A stretch of 64,000 nucleotides of DNA from Ancylonema sp. (lineage: Eukaryota), in NCBI GenBank assembly GCA_050230475.1, contig JBFLGF010000017.1, positions 62,001-126,000 on the forward strand, in the 5' to 3' direction. Positions 43,567 to 57,263 of this stretch are shown here, one piece after another (within the stretch, counting starts at the first letter, position 1; every line of letters begins with the position of its first letter). A program made the translations under genes and the position numbers. Under the pieces are notes generated by a model, which had not been told where the DNA came from, searched no databases, and saw only the letters and a list, made by a program, of their open reading frames with translations.

Positions 43567-46500
43567 TTATGGTTTGGTACCTTGGAGAATCTCTGCCAGG
43601 AACATGATGAGTCGTCCGTCCATCATGTGACCCAGGTGAGAGGCGCGCATGGCGTCGGTGATGCTTCCATGAGCTGTGTAGCCCACAGATCGTCCCAAAG
43701 CTTGCTCGATCTCGAATGGGGAAGGTTGAACGTACTGCTGAGATGGTGCATCGAACAGCATACCGATGCTGGGTCGTCCATCCGATCGCAGCGTATAGTT
43801 GAAGGTCCAGAGGTAAGGACTCAGAGTAGGGAACACTGCCAAGCGGTTGCCCATACGGTTGATCGGATGGTTCACCGAGTCGGGAAGTGTCAGAATTTGT
43901 GCAGTGTGCCCGGGTTTAAAGAGATTATGCAGTGGCTCCCGGGTCTGCTTGTTGGGTTGCGCAAGTTCCAGCTCGCGTGGTGTAATGCAATTGGTCCACA
44001 CCTGGGTTGGGCGATGGACATGGCCTTGGAACTGGAGTGGTCGAAGCTCTACGGCGTTGCCAAGGAATGCACGCGCCACGTGGTACACGTCGTTCACCCA
44101 AGGAGGGTACTCTAGTGTTCCGATGTGAGTGTGGAAAATGTGCACTAGGTAGAAGTGTGCGAGCTGCGCACTGTAATGTATCCATTTGATGACTGCGAGG
44201 AGTGGAGCGAGATGATGATCTTGACCGCCACGCAGAGGGCTATAGGTGCGCTCCACTTCTATATGATAGTTACCACCGATCACGTCGAAGGGGCCTTTCT
44301 GACGGAAGAGAGCGTCCATTTGCTCCGTTGTCGTGTCGGTGATGCTGGTAGACAGGATTTCATCGCAGTGTTCGATTGCAGAATTTGGCAGCTGGTCTGG
44401 AAAGCGGAGTCGAAACTGTCGCAACTTCTGAAGATAGCGGTTTTTGGTGTGAATGCAGTCCGTCTGCGGCGTGACGTGGGAAACGATGGAGCCTCCCTCG
44501 AGACAGATCTCCACAATCTCCAGGTTGAAGAAGGGGATGTAGATGTGCAGGCCACGAGCCTCTGAAGCTGGCTGCGTGGAAATGATGGTGCGGGGAAGTG
44601 CGTATGCACCTTGAAATATGGGACCTGCCCAAGTGAGGGAAGGTTTGATTGGTTGGTAGTCATGTGCCAATTTGAGGTGTGCCTCCCGAAGATGATTTTG
44701 GCCATTTCGCTTGATGGTCTGGTAGTGAGCGTCTCCGTAATGCAGGATATCTGGCGCGTAGATGGAATCTGCCATTTTGTTGCGATCTGCTCCGGAGAAG
44801 GCCCTCGGGACGGCGCCCATGTTGAGGAGATGCGCCATAGCCGGTCGAACGAATGGTTGGCGGAAGGTAAAATCAGACACACTGGTATTTTTGCGTGTCG
44901 GTCGTTGAGCAACGTCGGTTTTGTCTCTGGGGTCGCGCAGGTGTGCGTAGGCACCGAGTGGCTTGTTCTTTACAGCCTCCCTCTCCATTGCCCCGACGAT
45001 GAGTTGCCCCGGATCCTCAGCTCTGGGTAACTGAGATGAAGAGCTAGGAGTTGTAGTTGTAGACCGCCGAATATCCATCAGGTAGGTCACCACTCGAGAT
45101 GGTGCCGAGGCTGGTAATGCCGACTGCACTCACTTTCACTCGGGGAAATGGGGTGAGTGAGATGTGCCTCCCGATTGCGCGCAGCACTTGTAGGAGGTTT
45201 AATGGCCTCGGAGGTGTCCATGGTATCACCCCATAGTGAGGTAGGGGTGTTTGTAGCAGGAGAAGGTGCAGGACTGCGGGATGTTGAGGGTGCGGAACTG
45301 GTAGGTGGGGAAATGGAAATTGGTGCTGAATGTTCTCCGCGCGACACATTTGTGCCGATTTCCATCTGCATCCGCTGTTCTATTCAAGCAGTTGCGAAAT
45401 GAGCGTCCTGTAGTTGCTTCTCATGGAGAACGACCAAGTCCTGCATCTTGTCTTCCAAAGCGGAATGGAGTTTGTCCACAAGAAAATCATACTGATGAAT
45501 CCATTTGGTGTTTACTTCCTCCCGAGCTGCAGCGATGTCGAGTTCTGCTTGCACATCCTTGCAAAGAAGCACCGATTTGTGTTCCTTGATGAGTTGTGAT
45601 ATTTTGCGTGTAATCGTTGCTTCTGCCTCTGCTTTGGCCGCTTTGAAGACGACTGCTTGATTTTTTTTTTGTTGCGAGATCATGGCGTGGTATCGGTTTC
45701 GCAATTTGTCTTCAGTAAGCTCGTGTAGCTCATCTGGTTCGAAGGTGTTGTTGTCGGCTCGAGAGAGGTCTCTATCAAAAGGAATGGTTGAAAGGAACAA
45801 AGTGTCAGGAGTAGGTAGAGAATGTTGAGGTGATGGAGGTTTGGTTGAAATGTCTGAGGGTGGAATGGTTGAGGTATCTAATTCCATAGGAGTATGAGCA
45901 GGAGTGGTAGTATCTTCAAATCCAGCAACGCGAAGGAATGTTTGACACACACTGCTGCGAGATGAGATGGGTTGGTTGAAATCTATAAACTTTGCTTGTT
46001 CAAGTGCCTCAGGAATGCACTTGCGCTTGATTTTGTCCTCGATTTCAGCATACAGTCGTTCGCGTACTAGTGTTTGCTGAGGTGTATCCGCATTTTCTTG
46101 TATTTCCCCATAATCCACAGTGAACTCAGGTGGTGGGTCAATGCGTGTGGAGCCAGGTGTAGATGGATAGTTATCCTCATAATCACCTGCTACCACTGTG
46201 ACCGGTGGTACGGTAAGCAAAACGGCCTCCTCGGGTTGGGAGCCGAATTGAATGGAACGGCGTGGGCTGACACGTGGAGATTCATTGTCTCTAGCAGATT
46301 GGTCTGCTTTGGCATTCTTCTCCTTCTATTGGAGAGCTGCAGCACGATCCCGAGGTGTGAGGGTCAGAGATGGTGAAGCACTGTCTGTTATATACACTTC
46401 CAGTTTGTCGGATTGATGTCGGACTGTGAGTGGTAAAGATGCTAGACACAGACCACCTCTTTCCCAATCTGCCCTATCAAAGAACAGATGTTGCCAAGGG

Positions 46501-47012
46501 TCAGAGTATCCACCGATTGGTCCAATAATTTCATTGCCCAGTAAGACATCAAATTCCCGGGATGGGGAAATGTGGAGTTCTATATAAATGGTGGTTGGGT
46601 TGGGTGTGCCTCTGCCAATGGTTATTGGAATTTTTTCCTTGGTTGAACCTAAACTAATTTATTGGGCACCAGATGCAGTGATGTATGGTGTTCCAAGTTT
46701 CAGCATGTTAGGTGTAATCCCAAGTTTCGATGCCATGATTCTGCCAATCATGGTTATGATGGCACCACTGTCTACCACCACCTTGTTTGGTTTCTCATTC
46801 ATGATTGTTAGCACCCCACGGTTGATGCGAAGGAGTGCAATACCATATTTGGTGTCCTGAGAGTTACGTGGTGAAGTAGTGGTGAAATCCTGACTGGTGG
46901 TGTATTGGGCTGCAGGTTCTTGCATGGAGCTGACAAGTGCAGCCGCGTTGTCACGTGCCTTTTCTGCGATCCTCACTTGTGCACGCAAAACATTGACATG
47001 GTCATGAAGCAT
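43567..47012 (-). pseudogene. Decayed retroelement-derived polyprotein: retropepsin protease - helical/coiled-coil region - C5 DNA-methyltransferase-like domain lacking catalytic motifs
   Basis: ORFs 46659-47186, 45384-46220 and 45087-45371 share one frame separated by single stops, then frameshift into 43567-45129. Protease motifs VVVDSGA..TASG..FDVLLGNE. The C-terminal 300 aa follow the motif order of retrotransposon-borne DNMTs (RFPDQLPNSAI, GPFDVIGG, HRPTQVWTN, PTL, PSPFEIEQALG..GYT, RASHLGHMMD). Confidence 0.65.
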
Positions 47013-48530
47013 GACGTGTTCCGGACGCGTTCGTAGAAAATTTTGACCCGTCCGGGTACTATCACCGTAGCGGCCAGAGATAATGCGCCAACATATCCGA
47101 AAAATAATCATTAGAATTAGGCTCCATACGATTGCGCCAACCAATTTTTTATTAATCAGTACGCGCCAGAAGTGTGCGCCAACCAAATTTTCATTAATAA
47201 AAATGATCCAGAAAATAGTTGAGCCGGGTATTGTCCTCTTTATTTAATATGATCCAATTTCACTTGCGCCACCCAGTACAGGTGCAGGAGGGAGCCCTCA
47301 ACCCACGGGTTCCGGGCTCCTCGAACCCAGCGACCTCAAAAACTGGGCCAATGACCGCTTTTCGTACACCAGCCTAGGGTTGCGCACGTCAAGGCCCGTG
47401 GCGTGGAGAAAATCTTGATTACAAGCACCTCTCGCCGTAGTAATTCTTTAATTTTTTCATATCGATGTGGAATTTGATTTCCGCTATTTTATATTGGTGT
47501 GCCAAAATTTCGCCAATTTTAGATATTTATTTGCGCCAAAACGGTGATCCAACGTGGTCAAAATAATCAATATAGTACGCGCCGAAAACGTGTGCGCCAA
47601 GCAGTATGGCAATTATTTTTTGGCACATTATCTCTCGCCGCTACGGTATGCTTAGAGATAATGATTTTTCCTTGCTTCATTTAATTCATTATACAACGAA
47701 TACAACGCGCACAATCCTTACCTCACTTTATGTAATAATATTTCAAATTCAGGGTTTTCGGTGTTTCTAGAGAAAAACATGTTTGAATTAATAACCCGTC
47801 TTAAATCCCCACCTTCGGCGAGTGTTATTAATATCAAACCTCTAAAACGTGTCTAATTAATATCATTTTCCGGTCCCGCCGACGTGTTAATTAATAATGT
47901 ACGTAATCCGTACGTATTCGTACATAGTCTTTGTACGGATTAGGTATTAAAAAGGTGGGGGAGGGGGCCAAAAAAACAAAGAAAAAAAAAAAATAAAAAA
48001 AATAGGATGTGCTTCCCGTCGTGCTTAATAAGATGCATTTCTACCAGAAAACCAAAACATAAAAGCGAAAAAAAACCGGTTTTTTTAAAGAGTAATGCGG
48101 GGTTCAAATATGAAAGATTGAATCATGTTTTCAATTACGTTTACATCATTATCATAATAATCATGGCTGTGTGAAATACACGTTTGGGTTGATTCCGAAC
48201 TGGATATTGACGTGCCGCCCCCTGTAATTTGGACAATTGGAACCAATCCCGTCTCAAGTAATAACCCGTTTTAATTGATAATGTCTTCCGTTCCTAACAT
48301 TATCCATTAAGACAGGATTCCCTGTATAACGCATGCTTACTATATCGAAGGTATTTTTGTATACAAAACGCGATAAAACTTTAGATTTCTATACTGTAAC
48401 GAGAGTGCTACTTTATCGAGGTTCGAAAGGTGTCCATCGACAAGTGCTATACTGACGACACGTGGATTCTCCATAACATAACACGTGTAGCGTAAACATA
48501 GTTCTTTGTTCAGCTGGAGTTGTCGTTTCT

Positions 48531-51188
48531 AATGGAAGACGCATTTTATTCAAGCACGATGGGAACCCCATCTGAGTACAACACCAACGTTATCGTACCA
48601 ACCTAAAGGAACAGAAGAAGGAAAACAACCCCAATCGTAAAACAACCGAGCAACAATCCATAACTCTGTTGACGACAATAACACCCGCGGAGGGGGGGGA
48701 GGTAACAGAGCCATACCCTCTTCCAATCGCAATGTCCTAGCATGGATTGCATGTGCTAGAGAACGTTGTAAAGCAACAGAAACTCTCTGCCGAAACCAAG
48801 TAACTAACAAACTAACATTCAGCCCCGATCGCCCATTCAGTTGCGCCGCACGGTGAGCACAATCCACCAATAACCGATTGCTTGCATCGGAAAGCGAAGC
48901 GCAATGTACGTCTCTAACGCAAACGGGATAAACTTGGTCCCTGCCGCGCGATCTGAGTTTTTTGCGCCGTTTTGCATCTTCTGCGGCCACCAACCCTGAC
49001 AAGCCGCCGATCCACCAAGTCACGCCGCGTGGGGTCAGCAATGACCACATCCACCAAAATATGCCCCTCCACCAAATCCGAAATAACAATATCCACTCGC
49101 CCCCCACGACCGCCTGGAGCGGAGGACGGAAGAAACCCCGTATGTTCACGTTGAACATGCTGACCCGACTCGCGGAGGATGTGATATACGGAATCTCGCA
49201 CCGAGTCATGAGATGAAGTGCGCTTCCCCCCTCGACTGCAGCGCGCGCATAAGATGCGTACCCAGGGCGTCCATAGAGTTGCCGCACGCGCACGTATGTA
49301 TCATAGGTAGCACGGCATGGGTGGGTGGGGAAACCCGAGGCGCAGGCGCACGGCAGTAAGGAATAGGGGAGGGGGGATACGAAGGGAGGGAATGATGGGG
49401 GACGCGGGACGCCTGTAGCCCAATGACCCGCACCGGGTCCACTGGCGGACCGAAAAGCCTCCCTCGATGTCGCGAGATCGGTGCTCGCCACAAGCACCTC
49501 AAACGCAACAGCGTGGGTAGCATCAAGAAGTGTCGGCTGCAAGTGAGGAACAGAAGCCACGGCCAAGGTGGCATATGGAGGCAGTGCCGCGCGAGCTGTT
49601 GGGTGAAGAAGCTCTCGCGCTTCTCGAAGCACGATCTGTGTTCGTAGACCTCCCTCGTCCACAGTGCTGAAAAACGGGCCGAATGATAAACGGGCCGAAT
49701 GTGGAAAACTGATGCGAGTGCAGGCGCGGCGAGAGCATAAGAGCCAATTAAAGCAACTGGGGCAAGAACCCGAGTACGAACCAAACCCACGCCCCCCCGA
49801 GCGATCGACAAACAAGCTTGGTCACGCGACAAACCAATATGGTCCGAAGTGCAACCAACCACCCAGCCCAATAGATCTGCCTCTACAACCCTCCACAGCG
49901 TGGCATCGTACTCCTAGGAAGGAAGAGGTAGGGTGGCAAGTACGCAGCAGATATGATGGTCGAGCAGCAAACACCTGCGTAAGTAGGCGGAGGGCCACGG
50001 ATCCTCAAGGAGGCATAATTGTAGAAGACCCCGCGTATCTACCTCCAACGCAGCTGCCAGGAAGCCTCGCACAAACTCGTTCGTCCCAAAAGGCGCCCCC
50101 AACACACGAATGCCATCTGTAGCATAAGAGCACCCCTTCGGAAGAATCGGAAACACCTCCCGACCAGACGGTGACCACGCCACACACTTGGATGACTGCA
50201 CGGAAAGGCCGAGTTTTTCGAGCTCCTCCACAAAAAACTTAAAAGCCTCCACCACACGGGGAGGGGACCCCACGATATGGGTGTCATCTGTAATTGAAGG
50301 AAAGGCGCAGTCCGGAAATGCCGCTGCGGTGGATCGAAGAGCCTGCTGGTGTCCGACGGCGAACAATACCCCTCCAAGGGGATCCCCCAGACGAGTCCCG
50401 GTCGAAGACGCCAACTCCACTACCTCCTCCCCCCCCGCCAGATCACGAGCACGGAAGAATAGGGGGGAAGACCCCCCATAAAAAGCTCGCACAAACGGGA
50501 ACAAACTACTCAACCCCCCCCCCCAATCACGAAGCTCCTCAAAGAACGCCTGGCGGTTGATGGTGTTGAATGCGTTTTTCACGTCCACCTGGATGACACC
50601 CCAAGATAGACGCGCGTCCAAAAGAAGTCGCACCCCCCAGATTACCATCTCACACCCCCTTTTAAAAGCAAAGCCGTAGTGCCATTCGAAATGGTCGTGA
50701 AGCGCCTCCCGGATCTGAAGGCATATCGCACGGTTGATCAAACGATAAAACCCCTCCCCCACAGCAAGGGGACGTACCGCCCCGCCACCCTTATCCAACG
50801 CCACCAGCCGAGATGCCCCCAATAGATGACAAATAGACGCCGGAATACGACCCCTCGCAACATGAGCAGCCACGTGGACAAGGGTCAAAACCACTCGCAG
50901 GGTCATCCGGATCGAGAACGTCACAAAATGTTCAAACACCATCCAGACAACCCTGCAGCAGAATGGGCTTGGGGGCCCTCGCAACGCCACAACGAATGAG
51001 TCCCTTTCGAGAATGAAATCGTCGGGAGGCCTGAAATCCCCAACAAAATCTGGGAGAGCAGCTGGGGGGGGGCAATGGGGTGCAAGTCACGCAGCTGTGC
51101 CACAGTCTCTTCCGTCCCACGCGCTAGAGGTTGTGACACTAGGGCCGAGCCGACCGCGACAGCTCACCACTCCTTCCCAAAAGAAGGA
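48531..51188 (-). mobile_element. 5'-truncated CRE-like non-LTR retrotransposon, copy 2
   Basis: Closely collinear with 10212-13432. 13-bp TSD AGTTGTCGTTTCT at 48518-48530 and 51189-51201. Confidence 0.92.
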
Positions 51189-51905
51189 AGTTGTCGTTTC
51201 TGGTTCAGAACTGGTTATGTTGATTACGACGACGAACATGATAATCTACACTACGTGTCATATTAAGTTCGTTTATCCACTATCTTTTGCAGCTATTTTA
51301 TTGGATGTGAGCCCATACTGTCCCGCCAGTCGTACCATTTGAAAGGTCATCCGACGTTTGGAGGACGACGCCGGTACAGCGTTTCGTAGGCAAACTCGAA
51401 AGTCCCCTGTTGAAGCCAGCGGTTACACCCGTGACACCCGTGGTGACATCCGTGTCTTGTCTCGATTGGCCCATTGTCCGCTTCATGATTACATTTCTGT
51501 CTGCCAGAGGCTTTCTTTGTACGTGTCTGCTACAAGTGACGTCAGCCTGAAAACTGTCCCGGGAGCTTTTCGAGGGGGCTACAATTTGTAGCCTACAAAC
51601 GACGATCACGCGGCGTCCCTGTATGCGACCGACCTGACTACGATATGCGCATCCCGCAATCTTGTTGTCAACTTGGAAGGCTGGTTCATCATTGCGTCAC
51701 TAGAGAGACTCATGGAGGTGACATGATGGCAGAGTGCAGTGAACGAATGAATTCATGCACTACTTGTGGCCATCGACGCGTGAATGAACACAGCTCAGCG
51801 TGCACGATGTGCGGCCTAAAGTTTGTATGTCTGGAGGAAGTCCGAGATCCGCACCTTGGTTTCGAAAAACCCTTTTTTGTGCCATTCTTTTCCGCCCGAG
51901 TCTCA

Positions 51906-52591
51906 TGACTGAAGTCATTGAGCCAAACGTTTCGATAGAGGTTTTTCAGAGCATCTTCAATGAATACGGCCGACTGCCGGATGGAAGCACCGGCCAGACT
52001 CTAGCCGTAGATCGTAACAACCCTGGCCGTGAGATCTTAATCAGCAAGCGCGTAATTTGGCGCACGAAAGAGTTCGACTCGTTCTGCAGATTCGAATCCG
52101 TTGACAGGAGCAGAGCCCACGGTGCTGCCGCGCTCTTATCCTCGGGGCTGGGCTACGCTGCGCTCATCCCGCCCCTGATCGTAACTCACTATTGCTGCAG
52201 CGACGGGGAACAGAAACTGGTATTCCGCTTCGGCCACGCTTTTCTGGACAAGTATTCACAGCTCCTCTTGCCAGCGGACCACACCCTAGACGCCGCGACG
52301 TGGGGGAACTCCCCGCCGCAGCCTCCGACCTCTTCGCCGAGGGCCACCGTCTCGCCGCTGGACATGCAAAGTCACATAGCGGAGCTGGTAGGGGCCTACC
52401 CAGCTGAACTGCGTCGATGCGGTGTACTGGTCCCAAAATCCCTTCTCCAATCTGCCAGCGACCTGCTTGGCCGACACCGGAATGAAAGAGAACTGACGGT
52501 GGAAGAGACGCGTGTGAAGAAATTCGGTGAGTGGGCACTGAAAGCCACCCAGGCCGTGCACAGGACAGCTGCCGGGCGGAGCTGGCCATGA
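51906..52591 (+). CDS. Hypothetical protein, ~228 aa from the first ATG, function unknown
   Basis: Long uninterrupted GC-rich ORF with protein-like composition; no motif recognised. Confidence 0.35.
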
Positions 52592-54316
52592 ATCTGCGTC
52601 TGTCGAGAGCTTTCCGTATGTTGATTGAGGCGGGTGCACACGTGGCAGCAGATTCTGCTGCCTTTTATGCTAGCGGTCGCTCTTCCTCGCCAACCAGCTC
52701 TTGAGTTGGACTGGAGGTTTGATGGTTGAAAAGGAACAGAACAAACCTGAAACCTAGTTCTGAGCTGATTGGTCTGAAGCACACAGAGCTTAGCCTCGCC
52801 TTGTCCCGTGAGCCTACATACAAATTCAACTGGTTTTGGTGCTGGTTCTGGTTCAGTTTTGAGAAGCTACATGCTCGAATCAATGTTGTATTTGCAACCT
52901 TGGAAGACGGATCCGGAAATCTGATTCAGATCTACTTTCTTACACAACCATTTGCTTTTAGACGGGCTTAGAGCCGTAGGCTTGAAGAAGCAACATGTAG
53001 ATTCCCCTACCGTTTTGCGAGTCTACACTTGTCAAATTGTTAATTTGATGTTTAGGAATATTGGGTAGGCAAAGAACATACGTTTAGGAGGACTAAAAGA
53101 TAATCATATCGAATTGGAAGAGAGTATGCAGTGGCGCTCATTTTACGCTTCGTAAAGCTTTAAGTGCTTGCATGCTTTTGTAAAGAGGAAACCCTGCTAG
53201 GAGACTTGGTTCGTGTGTTTATTTGAGGTCATTGTAACTTCCTTTATTTGTGTTCATTTGTAGCTTAGAAATTTTGCAGTTACGATCGCCGATTATGATT
53301 GTAAATTTGGTTGTACATTAGCTCATAGCACCTCTTACAATCATTTTTGTGTTGCGAAGGGGAGAGGAGCATTTGAGTATTTTGGCAAGCAAGACAAGTG
53401 TGCTTTGTGCAAAATTGCCGACATTCCGGTTTCTTCCTATTCGTGTCATTTCCTCCGTTTCACATGTCTTTGAGATAGGACTATGAGCACGAACCCTCTT
53501 GAAAAGTTTCATAGCATGTGAGTACATTCCACCTTTTTGTATGCCAAGCCGTTGTTCAATGCTATGCTCGGATGTTTCGTATGTCATCCGTAATAAGGTT
53601 GGTTGTCTCCCGGTGTCTCTCTTGGTTAGAAAATATGCAAAAATCTTGTCCTTTTATTGAGCCTTCCACCGCAATCTCTAGGTTGGAACCTTTGCTTATG
53701 TTCAAACGGTTAATCCATTGACGACCCCATGCGCAAAAAACTAAGCAATAAAATCTATGTAAAGGAAAATCGACAAACAACAACTATTCCACTAGACAGG
53801 TTATCTAATTAGCCTGTGATGGTTCCTAACAATTTCGGTTTCGGGAGCGGAATTTTCTTTTCCTTCACACAGGTTATTCCCTAAGTGAGTATTTCTTCAG
53901 GCATATTCATGGTATGTATGTTCTCATTCATTTTGACGTGCGTGCTCGTTTCACCATTACTCTCCGTGTCTTTGGAGGAATTAGTGTGTTCATGCAATGT
54001 TGCTTTCGTCAAATCCCATGTTGTCACAAGCCGCAAAACACATGGAAGAAGATGATATGTACAAATGAGATAAGATGCAAGTGAGAATCATTCACATAAA
54101 ACCTAGTGAGTAAGCACTAATACTCCACCAAATTTGTACAAAATCGCATCGATTTCCTCACCCTATCAGATAAAAATCCAACAAAAATCAAAAACAAAAT
54201 CCCAAACCAAGGTAATGCTTTGATAATTTAAATTAGTGGGGCTTGGCGAGTCAAGCAATTGCAAAAAAGATTACATTTGATTGCATTCATGTGCTGAGTA
54301 AACATGTTGCATTTCC

Positions 54317-56758
54317 TCAACTCAATTCCCCACACTTTGTGATCATGATTTTTGCGTACGGGCGATTAAATCCCCTCTCTGCAACAACAGCTCTCGTGTC
54401 CCCGATCAACTTCGCCGCCCTGCACCAAAACCCGGGACAAAATGGCTCGGATAAAAAATGGCATCCAATTTCGGGTTCGTCTCCCACTCACCATCACATC
54501 CGAGACCAAATCCCAAATTTCCCTTGACGTGCGACCTTGACTTGACTTTGATTTATATTGGTTGACTTGAGTTGACTTGAAATGACTTCGCCACATTTTG
54601 CGTGTAGACCAAACAAAATAAAAATGGACCCACTAAGGTTGGGTACAAATCGAAAGTGTTTGCTCGTTGGTTTCTTTTTCCCATCATGTGCCCCCCGACC
54701 ACATTGTGCGACACCTACACGCAATAGACTCTTGAAGAGTGATAAATCTACCACCCAAATCCCCATGTATATAAAAAAAAGTCCAGGAAATGTTTCGAGT
54801 AACGAATGCTCCTCATGAACATCACAAGTCAAGCGTAAAATTACCAAAAATCCCAAAAAAATGGTTGCTTATATCGAGGTTGGAGTGTATAATGCCATTA
54901 CAGTGCTTTTGTATATTTTTATACGTGACTACAGTAGCGCGGACATATTTGTACCTCGAAATTTGTCGCACAATAATTGAATTTATTTTGAAAGAGAGGA
55001 AAAAAAGAAAACTATGCACGCACAGTATGGTGGTCACTCCCAAACCCACTCGTCCAATCGGACCCCACCCTTGCCCACGCTTGCAAGATCCAGACAACTT
55101 AACACAAAGATGATGTAACCCGGGGGTGGGAAGCTGCCAAAAAACGATGTCCTCATCCCCCCTCACCGGAAATACGGACTGTTCGTATTCTCCCTCACTG
55201 CGGGGACGGCCCAGATGCTTTCCACCACCCCCAACCCTTCCACCACCCTCCCAACCACCAAGCTGGACTTGTCTAATTCGGGAGCGGGTCGGAGGACGAT
55301 GTTGAACTCCGTTCCGTTTGGGGGGGGGGTCGAGGCCTCCTCAATGGTCATGAATTTGCCGTCCCTTGCAACCAGTTTGGTTTTTGGGGGGGGGCGGTTG
55401 GGGTCTATCGCAACAAGGGAGACGGAGTGGGGGGAGTTTTGGAACCATTCAGGGTGGGGGTGTCTGGGGGATCAAGGGGGGGGTTGGGAAGGTGCGGGGG
55501 GTGGGGGGGGTGGGGGGGGGTGGGTGCTGTGATTGTGATTGTGGCAGGATGAAACCCTGTAGGCCCAATTTGAACCTGAATTTGAACCTGAATCTCACCC
55601 TCCCTCACGACCTACCCCAAGTTTGACCCCCCTCGGTGCGCCCTCACCTCCTAACCTGCCCCATTTCCTCCTCCAGTTTCGCTCCACTCTCCCCCCCCGC
55701 GAAAACTGCAGTCTCCCGCTCCTCCCCATTGAGGGAGAAGGCCCTGAGCCCACTGTTCTGAATGTAGTGAGGAGTCAACTTCACGAATTCCTTCCGCCGG
55801 TACGAAATGCCGCGCTTGCCGAGTGCCAGCTCAGCAAATCGGGCGGCGCCGATGGGGACGTCCTGATTGGGGGAGGGGGGGAGGGGTGTTAGCCGAGGAG
55901 GTTCGGACGCAGACGGCGCTGGGGTTGAAGTATCGGGAGTTTTGGGGCAGTGAATATGAATGGGATGGGGTTCAGGGATTCGGGTCCAGGGGTGGTGCTG
56001 CTGGGGTGTGTCAGGGAGGTTGGTGTAAGGAGCAGCGATGTTGTTGCAATGAATTCAAAACCTCGTACCTTGCCGTAGAGACCAATTATAATTCGTCCAG
56101 CAGGGACGCCGTCTATGGACACATCGAGATATACTCTTCTCGTTATAACGGGTCCGTCTTGTGCATCAAACGGAACCACCTCATCGGCCTGAGATGACGT
56201 GCCAGGTTGCGCGTTAGGTGCCTCTGCTGACGTGTCTACTGTATGTTGCAGTACTTCGCTGGATGTGGACATTGTTGACTCGTCACGTGGCGCATTCAGA
56301 TACGTGCCATCTGAAGATTCGGCAACACTACCTCGCTCCACTGCTGCGTTTCTACTGGTGGCATTTTCGGCGTCCTCTACAGCAGCCATGACAACAACAC
56401 CTGGCAGGTGCTGATTGAATAGCGTTACGGATAGAGGAAGTGTAGCAGCTGTGAAAAGCATCGCCCTGCGAGGTCTTGAATGGTCTTCAACTGTAGCTAC
56501 GGTTGCGGTTGCGGTTGCACTTCCCGTTTCTCCTCTACGTAGATGATCCTTGGTAGCGATTTCGTGCGCCTTCTGTCCACTGAAGTCTTTCGAGGAAGCA
56601 CTAGGCCCTTTGATGTCATTATTTCTATATCGAGCGGAGGATTGCTTGCAGTCGTCGAGTAATGGGAGCTGGAACAATCTGGTTCGGATATGGGAAGGGT
56701 TTAGGAAAGTGGTGGTACATATGCAACGCTGATGAAGCGGACCTGACGGAAGTGCCAT
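54317..56758 (-). CDS. CYP26-2: Plastid (thylakoid lumen) cyclophilin, CYP26-2-like. Exons: 56069-56758, 55648-55862, 55167-55463, 54317-54419
   Basis: Transit peptide with twin-Arg RRAML; VYLDVSIDGVPAGRIIIGLYG, GISYRRKEFVK, PPPKTKLVARDGK, PNGTEF, VVGRVVEG and ENTNSPYFR/AAKLIGDTRAVVAERGFNRPYAKIMITKCG. Confidence 0.9.
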
Positions 56759-57263
56759 GCTCTCAGATATAACGTATGACTCCGAGGATATCTGCACTAA
56801 AACAGGAAGCAAGTTGCCTGCGACATCCCTAATCAAGTCGTTTCGGAGGCTTGTGATACCTCAAGCGCTGTCTATCCAACTAAGAGAAAAAAGGAATTGG
56901 GAACGTAAAAACGAGATGGATGCTAGGGACAAATGGTTCACTTTTAACAAGTCGTTGTCGTGACATTGCATTGTCTCAAATTTGTCTCGATTCCCAATAT
57001 ACTATTCCTTCGCGTTGGATTGGTGACACTGTGTCTCACGAATGCCAATGGCGAAGTCATCGAAAACCTGACTAGACCTTGAGCTCGCTCTACATTGTGT
57101 TGGTTGTTCTCCATTATAAGTTTCTGCAGACGCGCAGTACTCGGGAGGAGGTCAAAATGGCGGGACCGCGAATGACGAGAGCTCCAGAGCTCGGAGTTCG
57201 CAAGAACCGGGCTGATTGAGCGCGAAGCTCAAAGGATCGTTTAGGCTCAGTATCCGAACACAA

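Noticed and set aside
42900..47730. LTR pair around the protease-MTase polyprotein
   Set aside because: Only short weak matches were found (e.g. CGAATACAAC); no convincing direct repeat, PBS or TSD.
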